Origin: Hydrolagus colliei
Lineage: Eukaryota
DNA: 64,000 bases
Assembly: GCA_035084275.1 (NCBI GenBank)
Contig: CM068759.1
Coordinates: 3,472,001 to 3,536,000 of the forward strand
Reading direction: 5' to 3'
The translations under genes and the position numbers were made by a program. Positions within the stretch are counted from its first letter, which is position 1, and every line of letters starts with the position of its first letter. The notes beneath the pieces were generated by a model. It ran no database searches. It was given only the letters and a program-made list of their open reading frames with translations, and was not told the DNA's origin. This document shows positions 1 through 12,270 of this stretch, piece after piece.

Positions 1-340
1 AACTTCAATTAAATTAATCTACTGTGTGCAATGTTAGAGGACAAATTCTGCAGATTATTATTTTAATTAAGATGTTAACTCAGTGATTTTTGGTTTACCT
101 CTAGCTACAGTTGACTTGGAGAATCCTAAAAACATACACATGGATGCAAATTTACTCTCAGGTGCCTGTTTGTATTCAAAGGTTGTGGCTGCAAAGACAT
201 GATTGTATGTGTATACTGTATATTTCTATGCAATTTCCAACATTTCATTCTTTCTGATCGTAATTGCTCACAGTCAATTATATAAACATTGCTGGCAGTG
301 ATCAGTTTCAATTATGGATCCAATTATTACTGAAATAATT

Positions 341-770
341 AGCCTGGTTCAAAGAGTAGTATTCTCACCTCTGAGTCAAAGATTTACGACTTCAAACCAT
401 ACAACTGGACTTGGAACTCCTATAGTTCCAACTGCCAACTTCCATTGCAATGTTGGCGAGGTGCTATATTTATGGAGGTGCTATCCTTCAGATGAGACAT
501 CTCATCTGGCTGTGCAAGTGGACTATCCCATGGCAGTATGTGTAAAAAGAGAAGGGAGTTTCTCCTACTGTGCTTACCAACCAACAGTCTCCCAGAAAGA
601 AAATGGTAATTCAATTCATGGGTGTTTGTGTGATATTGCTGTATCTAAATTGGCTGCTGCATTTGCCTTTCCTACAGTATATACAATAAATCCCGTGAGG
701 TACTTTGAGACGTCCTTCCAATGTAAAAGGTGCCATATCAAATGCAAGATTTATTATTATTATTATTATT
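341..770 (+). mobile_element. Old long-form Deu-domain SINE (SacSINE1/AmnSINE1-like), diverged
   Basis: Degenerate tRNA-like head (ctcacctctgagtca), Deu-like core (ggaggtgctatccttcagatgagac...atcccatggca...tgtttgtgtgatattgctgtatctaaattggctgctgcattt), tail tttgagacgtc...atcaaatgcaag(TTA)n. Family name from recalled consensus. Confidence 0.8.
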
Positions 771-1336
771 TTAAAAATTCATCACCTTCTAGTTATTTGT
801 TTTTCTGACATGAAAGCCACTACCAGAAAGTTGAGAAATAATCTGCTATTTTACAGTTGAGTGTATGAGGATATGAGCTGGAGCCAGGGCAAGTTTAATG
901 GGTCTGCTCCGTTATTTGATTGTCTAAGCCTTAATAGCAAAACAGGACATTGGAGACGACATGGTGGGTCTTAGATTTGTTTTCTGCAAACAAACTGGAT
1001 TGTTTGGCAAAAACTAAAGAGGTTTTTCATTTTTCTAACCAAGCTGGACATGCAGAAAACTAGTCAGCCCAGGCAAATGTATGCCTTTTCTTATCCAGTC
1101 TTGTTTGTAATTTGTTTGTGTTTCCTATTATACCCTCTCCGGGAAATACTTAAATTTTCCCCTGCAGACTAATCATTTCCTGGATATTGTTTGAAAGCCA
1201 ATTGCTCATCTCCTACAAACAAGTAGTACTGCTTTTTTGTTTTAATTGTTCTGTCTGCCTCTCGTTTACATGGTCCATCAGGGAAAATCTTTTATTTGTA
1301 TGGACAGCCGAGTGTCTGATAAACGTAAAGAGCCAT

Positions 1337-1400
1337 CAACAACAACAAAATTATATGTGCATTGCGCCTTTCCCGTCAGGAGGACATCCCAAGGCGTCAC
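1337..1400 (-). mobile_element. L2-type 3' tail with (TTG)n
   Basis: Reverse complement reads gccttgggatgtcctcctgacgggaaaggcgcaatgcacatataattttgttgttgttg, matching the tails at 15.85, 33.3 and 57.3 kb. Confidence 0.7.
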
Positions 1401-1734
1401 CATGTTTCAGAAGTTCCAAATCACTCAAGAGTTCCATGCGTGTCACCGACATGTGGAAATTCATGTGTTTGGAATGGCAAGTGCGCTCTCTCCCCGGAGA
1501 GATGCTTCAAGCTTATCTGATTGCGGCTTGGGGAGCTCAGAATGTGTGTGGGATACTGCTAGAGTCTAACCACCTAAAACGGAAGAATCTAGACTCCCAG
1601 TGACTGATGTTCCATCCCCCATCCTCCTAGTGAACTAGGCTGGCTGGTCTGTTCATCATCAGTGCCCCAAATTATTATGTACCCACCTGATTCAGGAACC
1701 ATGTCACCTTGGAGCCACTTATCACAAATAAGAG

Positions 1735-1920
1735 TAATCTGGTCACTCAATCCACCAATGTATGGAGGAACACTACTGGGCATAATTGGCTGCCGCATTT
1801 CACCCACAAAATATGCAGTCAATTCACTTTACAGTATATTTTTGTGAAGTCTTTTGAGATGTCTTGAAGACATGAAAAGGCATTATAGCAAATGTATGGA
1901 TGATTATTCTTATTATTATT
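1735..1920 (+). mobile_element. tRNA/Deu SINE, 3' half
   Basis: aattggctgccgcatttcacccacaaaatatgcagtcaattcactttacag...ttgagatgtcttgaagacatgaaaagg...(TTA)n; homologous to the full copy at 19898. Confidence 0.9.
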
Positions 1921-2713
1921 ACCATCGTTGGGTAACATCATGAGCAAAACAAGCCATGTAAACCCACCTCAATTTCTGTGAAGTGTCTCTCTATACACAC
2001 ACACACATAGGTTAGCACTGATCAAATTTATATATTTTTTAAGTAGGATTCTTAAAATGCGCTGGATAAAAAAAAGCTCAGAGATACAAGCCTTTTAACG
2101 CACATTAAGTAGATCAATATTAAATTCTTTCAAGCCCATCACATCATTCCTGAGTATCTGAAACCATTACAGACAGTGACAAAGACACAGGTCCTTGTTA
2201 AATCTCACTAAAAAAAAAGTTCAGAGGTCAGTGAGAATAACAAGAATAACATGGATTCTAGTTAGAAAATTAAATCTCTGTCAAAGCTCAGGTAGTGTTC
2301 ACTAAGGGCTTCTTTTGTATATCACTTTTTAATGGGAGATTATGCACAGGAGGCAATGGTAATCACTAGGTGTAGTCATTGTCAAGTGCTTGTGAAGGGA
2401 AAAAAAATCCCAAAGAAAATTACATTCTTGAAGGGTGGAAGATGTCACTGTATTGAGTGTTAATAAACAAGCTTATGAAACTGCTGCCCAACTTCGCACG
2501 GATTCCACCTCAATTACTATAGGAGCAATTGGAACTGATTTAACTACCTGCATTAAGAATGAAAATGATCAGTCACAAAACAAAAGACATTGACCAAATG
2601 AACAATTTAAGGATTGTGTTTATAATCGTGCCATTGAAGGTAATAAGGCCTTAACTGCAATATTGATGCCATAGAGTAACCTGGTCTCTCTAGCTGTGCT
2701 TGTTTCGAGTCAT

Positions 2714-2742
2714 TGGTGGGGTGGGGTGGGGGGTGGGGGGGG
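2714..2742 (+). repeat. G-rich tract (GGGGT)n-like, potential G-quadruplex
   Basis: Four runs of at least 4 G separated by single T. Confidence 0.6.
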
Positions 2743-2779
2743 AACGTAAGCACCATCTGCCCCAAATCTTGGATCACGC

Positions 2780-2895
2780 TCACGATCAAAGTAGAAGGTC
2801 GTCAGGCGTGATCTGAAAATGGGGGAAGGATGGGGTAAAGAAGAGGGATTGATGGAGAGAGTGCCAAAGTTTAGAAGTGTAGTGGCTAAACACAA
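2780..2895 (-). mobile_element. Degraded L2 LINE ORF2 C-terminal fragment
   Basis: Similar to 57900-58000 (tgaaaatggg...gagagtgccaaagtttagaagtgtagtggctaaa vs ggagttccagagcctcgggacgtagtggctaaa). Confidence 0.6.
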
Positions 2896-3889
2896 GGTTG
2901 TGAAGGTCAATCCTAGCCTGTTAGATAGGTTTCCCAGGTAAATGTCCTTCCTTGAGGCTCTGCTTCCTGCATACATTTTCTTATAATTCACCAGAATGGA
3001 CTTGGTTTTTCATCCTTTGATTGCCTTGGAAAATGTGCCTCTATTCCTCACCAAGCCAATAATAATAGTAATAATATTTTAGGATATAACTCACTTTTCC
3101 CCAAGCCTCCGCCCTCACCATCTCTTCCAAATCAATGGAGAGAATGATTTTATTTGAGAAAACTTTATAGCGGGGAAACTTTCAGTTTAACTTAGCTAAT
3201 GCTTGCTAAAGCTCCATAGCTCATATCATTGAGATGGTCACAGCCTGAGGAAAATGCAAAGCTTAATATATGAAAATTTGTAATAGCCATGTATCATTCA
3301 TTGAGAAAATTGAAGGACTGAATAATCCCTGAATCACCAATCAAATCATTAATGCAAATTTACAAGGAGACTCGCTCTTCAGTCTTGCACAACACGGAAA
3401 TGTTTCAAGGAGATTCTTTTTTGAGATTCAAAGGTAATAACATTAGAATAGAAGCTAATTTGATAAACATGGACTCGCGTCATAAATTTGTCCCTTGCAA
3501 GGAGAAAGGTTCTGCTGGATTGGAAGGTTGCCAAGGTTAAACTATTCCTTAAATTGGATTTCAAGTCAGATTTGAACAATTACCAATCTGCTTCTATTTC
3601 CCCAGTCTTAACCGTTGCAAAGATAGTTTGTCGGGCCAAGCATTAGGAACATCTAAGTGACCTTATTAACACTAGCCGTCATCTTTCTGCACACAGTACT
3701 CTATCATTACATGTTTATTCCTATAGTTTTCATCCTTTTACTCTCTTTTTTTTCGAGGCATTCGCCAGCGCTGGGCACCATTTTACAAATGCCAGCTGTC
3801 ATTCAATTACTCGCCCAAGTTGCTATTTATCATTCGTCATTTCGGAAGGCAAAGAGCAAAAATGCTTTTGGAGAGCAGGGCTATCAAGC

Positions 3890-4035
3890 CTATTCGGAGA
3901 AACTATTTCCACTGGCAGGTGGGTCACGAACCAGAGGACACTGATTTAAAATCTTTATGAAAAGAAACAGAGGGGAGGTGAGGAGAAATGTTTTCACACA
4001 GCCAGTTGTTCAGATCTGAAATGTATTGCCAGTGC
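3890..4035 (+). mobile_element. CR1-clade LINE ORF2 C-terminal fragment
   Basis: Translates EKLFPLAGGSRTRGH, then aggagaaatgttttcacacagccagttgtt...tgaaatgtattgcca, matching the CR1 motif TRGH...R.NFF.QRVV..WN.LP. Confidence 0.8.
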
Positions 4036-4127
4036 TGCCAGTGGGTTTGCAAAAAAAATTCACATCGGGAGAAGCGCTTCACGGGATCTACTGTGAATTA
4101 CAATGACTGCATATTTTGTTGCCAAAC

Positions 4128-4318
4128 TCAGCAGCCAGCATGCACACAGCAATGTCCCACAAACAACTATGAGGTGAATCATCGATTTTATTTAAGTAAT
4201 TTTTGGCTCGAACACTGGGGGAATCACCCTCTTATTTAACAATGGTGCTGTGGGATCATTAATGGACACCTGAACAGGCAGGTGGGACCTCAGTTTAACA
4301 TCTCATCTGAAGGATGGG
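4128..4318 (-). mobile_element. Old Deu-domain SINE core fragment
   Basis: gcacacagcaatgtcccacaaaca...gtgctgtgggatcattaatggacacctgaacaggcag...gtttaacatctcatctgaaggatgg is the reverse complement of the Deu core. Confidence 0.8.
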
Positions 4319-5172
4319 GGAATTCAATTCCCTTTATAATCTTTTCCCTCCTTATTTTTGCTCCTGCATCCCGTATTGGCGAAGTTTGCTCGGATGGTAA
4401 TCAAAATAAAAATACCAATGACTAAAACTGGTGCAAATTCAAGGTAAAAGAGAGTTATGTTTCAGACATTCCCCTCTTACAAGTCAGGACACAGCACATC
4501 CATTCCTGTACTCTACACATACTGCAGATGACGTTTTATCTTCACAAACAAATTAACTGCGCTTTTCGGCTGGATAAGAATCATCTGGGAATCAAGGCTC
4601 AGTCAAATAAATTTTTTATTATTTCTTACCTCTCTCTGAAAAAAAAGTGCTGTATCTAACCCCCAGCAGTACAGTGCTAAGATTTCTTTTTCTGGTTTTA
4701 AATTATTTAAGAAGGGCCAGAATTCAGAAAGCCAAGCTGTGCTGTGCATTGTTTGTTGTTTGCATCCAACTGATATCAACGGTTTTGAAGAAGCCCTTGT
4801 CTGCTTGCCTGTTGAGCACCATCACTGGTTTTACATTCCCAAATAAAGCTCTGGATCGATTCATAATCAAACAGGATGAAAGATAACAAATCAAAGCTTA
4901 CGTCAGATTAGTCTCATTCAAAGGTTTGCATTTTCCTACCGGGTTTGGTCATGTGCTCTCTTGTTTTTGTTTAATTTTCTTTTTCTTTCATTGCCAACCT
5001 CCTCTTTCCCCCCTCAACTCCTCTCAACCCTGGGCCACACATGGACTTCTCTACCAGTAGAGTCCGTCAGGCGTTCTTTAGTCACAATACTCCACCACTG
5101 CTCTTTGCCTGCAGTTTCTTTTATAGCACAATATACAATTATATTAAATATCATACTACTGTACAACAAAAC

Positions 5173-5350
5173 ATAATAATAATGATAATACCAGCATTTG
5201 ATGCAGCACCTTAACGCATAATTGAAATGTGCCAAAGCACTTCACAGAATATACTGTAAAGCGGATGGATTGTTTATTTTGTGGGAGAAACGTGGCAGAC
5301 AACCGCACAGAACAGAGTCCCACAAGTAGCTAAAGATTGAGTGACCACAT
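5173..5350 (-). mobile_element. tRNA/Deu SINE, 3' half
   Basis: (TAA)n...gcatttgat...aaagcacttcacagaatatactgtaaag...ttttgtgggagaaacgtggcagac. Confidence 0.85.
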
Positions 5351-6280
5351 GTTGTTTTTAGATACAATCTGAGAAAGAATAAACTTCCCTTTTTTTTAAG
5401 TGCGGCAGTGATTACTTCAGTCTTCACGTTCACCTTGCATGAAACCGTTTACTTTTATAAAATCGGGATATATCTCTGTCCACTTTCTGAGTGTTGTGGA
5501 TCTGTTTACATCAACTACCTCTGATGCACTCATGCGTTCATGGTCCTGGCTCTCATATTTGCATAAGTGATTGGCCCAGTTACCCTGTCTAGAAATCAAT
5601 CAAATATTAACATCAATTAGCAGCGATCATTTGACACCGTTTGAGCTGATGGAAAAATCATTTTGGAAAAAAGGATTCCCACTTTTCCAACAACAAGAAC
5701 AAATGACAACAACAACAACAACACCACAATTACATGTGTATAGATCCTTCATGTCATCAGTCTAAGGGTTAACGCTTAAATGCTTCACTTACCAGTTTCT
5801 TACTTTTGAATCCAAAGGCTGTGTTTTTTTAACCCCCACAAATTCAAGGTTCACAACTCAAATTATTGACCAAGTTGTCTCACAGATACCAGCAGATCAC
5901 CTCTTGGCACGTTTTAAATCAAACGTAAAGTGCTATTGCTCGATAAAGAATCTCCTCGGTGGCCTCAGCAACGTGATTACACCTCAATGAAATAACTTGG
6001 CAGAATTCCAAGGTTAATGTATTCATATGCAAGCTGTCCTGGCTTGTACCAGCGAATTAAAAATACTACATAAAGTGTCATTTCAATTTACATTAAATCT
6101 GTTCATGTTCAATGTAATCACAATGGGTAGCATCAAAATATCATCTTGTATGGATTCCATTCAATCCATATAGTTGGATGAGTCTAAAGCAAATTCACAG
6201 CAAGAATGAAGTTACTGAGCAATAAATCTGATCAGAGAGAGCGAGATATACATAAACAAAACACTAAATACTACAGCTGT

Positions 6281-6377
6281 CCAGACGAAGGGATGAAGGG
6301 TTGTAAGCCCAAAACGTTGACTTTTTCCTTTCTCCATGGATGCTGTTTGACCTGCTGAGTTTCCCCAGCAACTTTTG
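6281..6377 (+). mobile_element. Penelope-like element terminal-repeat relic with decayed hammerhead-like core
   Basis: gatgaaggg...cccaaaacgttgac...tctccatggatgctgtttgacctgctgagtttccccagca resembles the recalled chondrichthyan repeat CTGATGAAGGGTCTCGACCCGAAACG...GATGCTGCCTGACCTGCTGAGTT. Confidence 0.6.
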
Positions 6378-8844
6378 AGATGTACATAAACCTGCTAAAG
6401 ATTTAACTATGCTCAAATATATTTAACTGCCACTTCCAAAACAAAAACCAGTTGCCAGACCTGCTTCTTTTGAGCACTTCAATAAATGACCTAATTGACA
6501 TTTTAAGTATTTGTGTGATAATGAATTAGAGGGTTTAATTGCAGCATGTGAAAAGCACAGGCGACCGACTGACTGACTGTCAGTGTTGATGTGCAGATCT
6601 ACCTGACTGGGACACCACAATGCTTTTAACACACGTATTTCTGGTGAAGTTTTTTTTACCCTTTTAACTATCCTTTGCTGCATCTTCCCAAAGAAACCGG
6701 TTTCTTCCGCAGTATAATAGGAATAAACATAGGAATCTCAAGAGTGTTCAACCAAAACAAACTCCAGCACACTAATAAAGTCTTTGGCCTCTAGCCTCAG
6801 TGCTTCAGTGTGCAGAAGCCATTTATTGCCTTGTATACTCTGGGATTCTTAGGTTTATTACTTAATCACAATGCTTATAAACATGAAACACCGTATGTGC
6901 CAGCGAGAACAATTCCCAATTCCCAGATCCCTGCAGGACAGTGTTGCAAAAATAATCTAATAATAACGCATTGGAAATAGTCAAACTCAGCGGTTGTTTG
7001 ATATTCAAATATTTGGGGGAAGCCAATTCTGCAGCTAGAGAAACAGAACTGCATTTGTACAGTTTAATTTTTTTTTCCTTTTGACTAACTGAGCTCGGTT
7101 AAATTACGCTGGTCAGGTCTATTGTATCATTCGAGATGAACGCAACGGAGGAAAGGGCACTTTGGTGTATGATGAACTTGAATAATCCAAATGTAGGCAA
7201 TTGCAAATCCAGAATTGAGAACTTCTGTAAAATGTTTAGCAGGCCTCCCAGGCTAGTACCTAAGTTGATTGCCCTGAGAGACTTAGGTTGTTGCATTGAA
7301 ACCCTTCAGAGGAAAGCTGGAGGCGACTGGTGATTTCTTTGACAATAAATAAGTGTACTACCTATCCGTGGGTACTGAACGTTGAGGAAAACAAAAGCTC
7401 AGCTGGAAAATAACACAGACATTTAGCTAAGATTGAAAATAGGGATTCATGGTCGATGCTTTCAAAACTCAACACATTTAAGCCATAGTAACGTATGTCT
7501 GTTAAATTGCGATAGCATTTTACTTTCAGACTCGACTTTATTTTTATCCTTGGGAATGGTTGGCGTTGGTATCGGGCGCAGCAAAGCGCAAGGGGGCTTG
7601 GATACAGGTCCATAGTTGTGTCGATTCTTAGATCCACCGATCTAGCCTTCTGGTGATTATGTAACATTTTTGACAAACAAATGCAACACTCACCGTGAAA
7701 TGACTGGACATTTTAAATGTATGGCATTCAATTGCCCCATGTGTGGCTTTTTATTTCCTCCACCCAAAAATAACATTGATCCTCACTTCATAATTGTTGC
7801 TGTCATCAATTAAACTGAGTAATACACGCATTTTAGATTTTGCCTATATGGTATACATCTTGCACGTGCAGCAAAGCACCATTACAACATATTTGGACAA
7901 CGACGACCACCGCAGATGGTTCAGTTGATAAAACAACTGACTCGAGAAGCCAAGTGAGCCGATCTCTGGTCTCTTCCTGTGGCAATTATGGACTTAATGA
8001 ATCTCAGAGGACTGGGAACATGGAGCATTGCTAGTGGCTGGGGCTGGGGAGCAGAGAACGTTATGAACAATAGTAGCAGGATTTATTTTTAAGATATTGT
8101 AACCACCAGATTTTTTTTTATTATTCAGTGCGTGACAGCATGGGAGGCTTTGTGAACAGAATGTTCCAGTTGAATCTTGAGACTCTGATTAACAGTTCTC
8201 CTTGGCAGGCAATGAGAGAAAGCAAAGGAGACATTGATTCTGAGAGTATCAAGCAGCTTAAATTGTATGACAACAACAGAATTCATTTGAAAGGGGGTGA
8301 AATAAAAAGCCGGGAATCAATAACAATGCAACTTTTTAAGCTCTTATTCAGCACAGATTTAAGCGTTGATCGACACATCAAGTACGCCTTTCATCTTCAC
8401 AATTAGTGCCTTTAAAAGATGGAAAGTATTGCCTTTAAAAGCGAAGGCTGTTGAAAGAGAAAGCTCCAGCCTTCACTTAGACTACCCCCTTCATTGATGG
8501 GCATGGCTTTTAGCCAAGGTTCTTTGCATTAGGACCTATATTTAGCAGTTAGTCATGAGCAAGCTGTGTATGTGGCTTTGGACTCAGGCCTTTAGAAAAC
8601 AAAGATGGCTGGCAAATCAAAGTTGAATTGAACAGGTCCTTCCATCACACTGAGGGCAGACAATTACTGAGGACAGCAGCTGCTGGAAGATGTTTCCTTA
8701 TGTCCAGGGTATGTTCAAACATCCAGGGCTTATTATCTACCTTGATTGATCCAGGGTGGTAAATCGCTGTTGCTTGAGCTCTGGATGTCCAACTGGTTGA
8801 ACTACCACTCAATAGATAGGACAGTGCCTTCGCTTCGACAGGAT

Positions 8845-9124
8845 AGTGCCTTCGCTCCACCGGGTCTGGCCTCCTCCGTGTCCCCCCGAATCCTCCGCTC
8901 CACCCTCGGCAGCCGTGCCTTCAGCCACTATGCCCCGAGGCTCTGGAACTCCCTTCCTTACTCCCTTTGCCTCGCCCCCTCTCACAGCTGAAGACCTTTT
9001 TCTTCGACCGCGCCTTTGGTCACCTTTCTACCCCCTGCCCCCGGCTCGTTCCTGGGATCCATTACTGTGAAGCGCTCTGAGACGCCGTCCGGCGTGGAGG
9101 GCGCTATATAAATCAAAGTTGTTG
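8845..9124 (+). mobile_element. L2 LINE 3' end (subfamily a), 5'-truncated
   Basis: Translates PRILRSTLGSRAFSHYAPRLWNSLP (L2 ORF2 C-terminal motif); stem-loop agcgctctgagacgccgtccggcgtggagggcgct; (TTG)n tail. Confidence 0.92.
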
Positions 9125-9947
9125 GTGCAATGTGTCCAGGCCACGGGCAGCAGTAATGGTAGCAATGCTCTCACACATTTGATGTTGAGGCATGCTGCTG
9201 TCCATGAGATCCCAAATGAGAGAAGTGGTCCTGGTAGGAAAAGCAATAGGAAGCTTGGCAGTGTTTGCAACAGTAAAATTGTACGGTTTTAGCTGGTTTG
9301 CTCCAGTTTAGTTGCAGCCGAATGCAAACTTCGAGGTCTTCAAGTGTGGCTACCGCAAATCAGCACCTAACCTCTCTGGGAATAGGTAAGCGATGTTTGT
9401 TAAGAGGATGCGCACTCCACATTAGACAAACAAAATCCATGCAATGGTTAGATTTTAATTCTTATCCATGTGTGTCGGACACCCGGCCAAACCCTCCCCT
9501 CCCACCCCCAATAAAAACAAAAGAGATAGGATTCTGAATGGACCGTCAATTTTATGGAAACTGTGCAAAGCAAAGATAGACAAGTCAAACGAAAATCAGG
9601 GGCAAGCGTTGACGAAACGGTAAATAGATAAACTTTGCAGACGTGGCAGGTCTCAGAGGTTCACTTAATCTCAACCCTTTCAAGGCTGTTCCCACAACCC
9701 ACATCCCCCAAAACATAGCTTAATAAATTGGCCTATGTTGGGGGGGGGGGGTTGTGCTTGGATGGATAGCTTTGGCTTATGAACATGACTGTATATGCAA
9801 GAGGTATGGAAATAAATAAGTTATTTATTTATTAACCCTTACACTTCTTGGAAGCTGTACAGAGACCCACATTGCTTCAATCTGACTGCTTCTGATTTAA
9901 GGCTCTGAGGACGCCCTACTGATTGATCAATATTTAAAGGCAAGTCT

Positions 9948-10150
9948 CAACAGCCAGGCTATTTTACCTCAGCATCCCAGCTGTCTTTGAGCCAACATTC
10001 ACAAAAATGCCTGCACCTCTCGGCAGACATCACTACACCAGTCATAGCAAGTAGGAACCTCACCGACTAAGTTTCCTTAACCCAGAGTAATGAGCAAATC
10101 CTAGCCTCCACCACTCTGTCTGAGATCAGCTAACTCAGCAGAAACGAGGG
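9948..10150 (-). mobile_element. AmnSINE2-like ancient SINE relic
   Basis: Reverse complement contains tgctgagttagctgatctcag and ...ggttcctact...aatagcctg, matching the recalled AmnSINE2 consensus. Confidence 0.6.
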
Positions 10151-12167
10151 ACATTTTTCAGCTTTCCTTCTGCATGGGTCACTTACTCATTGGATGAAAC
10201 TCAAGAAGTGAAGGCAGAGGAAGGATGGGGGTGGGCGCAGACCATTTTAAAATATTTATACGGATTGATTTACACTTAATGCAAGCCAACAGTGACTCTT
10301 CCCAAGCATATGACACATTTTTTAAATTGAGAAACCTCGATGAAGGATAATGTTTCCCAGTGTGGGGCAATGCCAAGGTTGAAAAGGGTCAGAAAGAGTG
10401 AAATAAATCAAATCTTTAGTGGCAAGGTGATCATAAACGATGAGCTCGATAATACAAGGCACTAATCATGACCGACTGATCCAGTAGAGGTTTTAATGGG
10501 ACATTGTACTATTACCACAAAATAATTGGGTTCTATCTTGGAGGAAAATAGTAACCATTTTGCGCAGGTGAAAACCCTGCCTTGTTAGACATCAGATTTT
10601 GAAAAGCCTGAAATGTAAAGCTTGCGTGGTGATTATTTTCACCTTATTTGTATTATGGATGCTGGTTAGATGCACTACAGATGGCACTAGTAGATGCACT
10701 CATCCCTGTACCAATTATAGGCTGGAACGATGTTATCTAGCACATCCAGCCACCAACTATTCTCTGTAATAAATGCAATGCGTGAAATTTCCTTGTATCC
10801 ACTGCAAATGGTCTGTTCAGCCTCCAGTAATAAAGATACCCAATAAAACCTGCAAGATTCTTCTGTGAACCGCATTGTGCCATTCACACAAAGAAAGTTC
10901 ATAAAATTGGCAAAGCGGAAAATAATTTTAACTGTAAAATTTCATAACAAGGACATGCTGTATAGAACTATTAGGCCAGTTAATTGAAGATTAACTGAGT
11001 TTCAGCAGTTGGTTAAGTTTTACAAAGATTTCCCTTTTCTTCGCTGTGGCAATGGAACACATCACATGAATGCATTCATTTTATTTATGGCCTTATAATT
11101 CCTTTCCAGATATCTACCATTCATATGAAACTCTTTGTCATCGATTAGCAAGCTGACAGGATTTTTTACTACGTAATGTAGGGCAATCAGTTTGCTCTGA
11201 GATAATGCTGTGAGTGGCCTGTCGGGTGCCTCAAAGCTTTTTAATTAGTAAGTGATAGGATTGTGGATGTAGGCAAACTCTCAATGGGAGGCTTTACAGT
11301 GAAACTCCCACTTGTCTAATCAGTTGCTTAATCCTCAGAGGAAATGAGGGGGGAAACGAGGGTTGCCAGTAATCACAGACACGATGAGGACCGAGGGTAC
11401 CGGTGACCAGTTAATTAGAAAACTGGTTGAAAACGAAACAGCTTCTTTCTGAGAAAACACAATACACAAAGCACTGGGATTCTTCTGCATTTCACTTACT
11501 GCATTTTACACCAACAGAATACTACAAATGAGCCTACAGGGGGAGAGGACATGCAGCAGGGAGCAGTGAATCAAAGAATTGATTGCATTGGTGAAGCGCT
11601 GGTAAACCAACAGCAAAATGACCAAGAATGTCCCCATATTTTCCATTTGCATAGATATGAATGTATTTTGGTTTACCTTTTGCAGTGATTGTTACAGGCG
11701 TGATATTACTTAATGGGTAAGACACTTTCACTCTCCAGGTTTTGTTTGTCCGTGTGGGAACATCGAGATTTCAATTCGATTGGCTGCCTCAACCCAAGTA
11801 TAACTTGGTATTGCGCTGAATCACAGTGCCAGTTGTATGAAATACTATGAACTGTTATCACGAGAGTTGAAATGGAAGTGAGACTTTACAATTAGCGTTA
11901 CTGAATTAGGGTTACTGGGCTTTCAGCCTCTCTGCCCCCACCCTTTGGAACTTTTGCCAGTAATTTTGTTATTGTTGTAGAATTAAAACCTCTTTGGTTC
12001 ATTAGAATGGGCAAACTTTTTAAACAGTTTTACATTATCTTCTCTTACAGTAAGCCATGAAACCTAAAACACCATCCTAAATGCTTGATGCGATTGATGA
12101 AACAGAATGGTATTGTTAGAACATTAGTAGATGTGGATAGGGCAATTCTGTAACAGTAAAGAAAGTA

Positions 12168-12270
12168 AATAATAATAATCCTTGCATTTGATATAGTGCC
12201 TTATCACAACTTCAACACTTCTCAAAGCAATTCAATACTGCAAAGTGAATTGACTGTACATTTTGTGGGC
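12168..12270 (-). mobile_element. tRNA/Deu SINE 3' tail fragment
   Basis: aataataatccttgcatttgatatagtgccttatcac...aagtgaattgactgtacattttgtgggc. Confidence 0.9.

Noticed and set aside
314-808. Longest ORF (164 aa)
   Set aside because: It lies over an old SINE, the poly-Tyr run is the (TTA)n tail, and there is no protein-like domain.
8746-8991. Protein-coding gene (RAFSHYAPRLWNSLP)
   Set aside because: A truncated L2 ORF2 remnant with a frameshift and an internal deletion.
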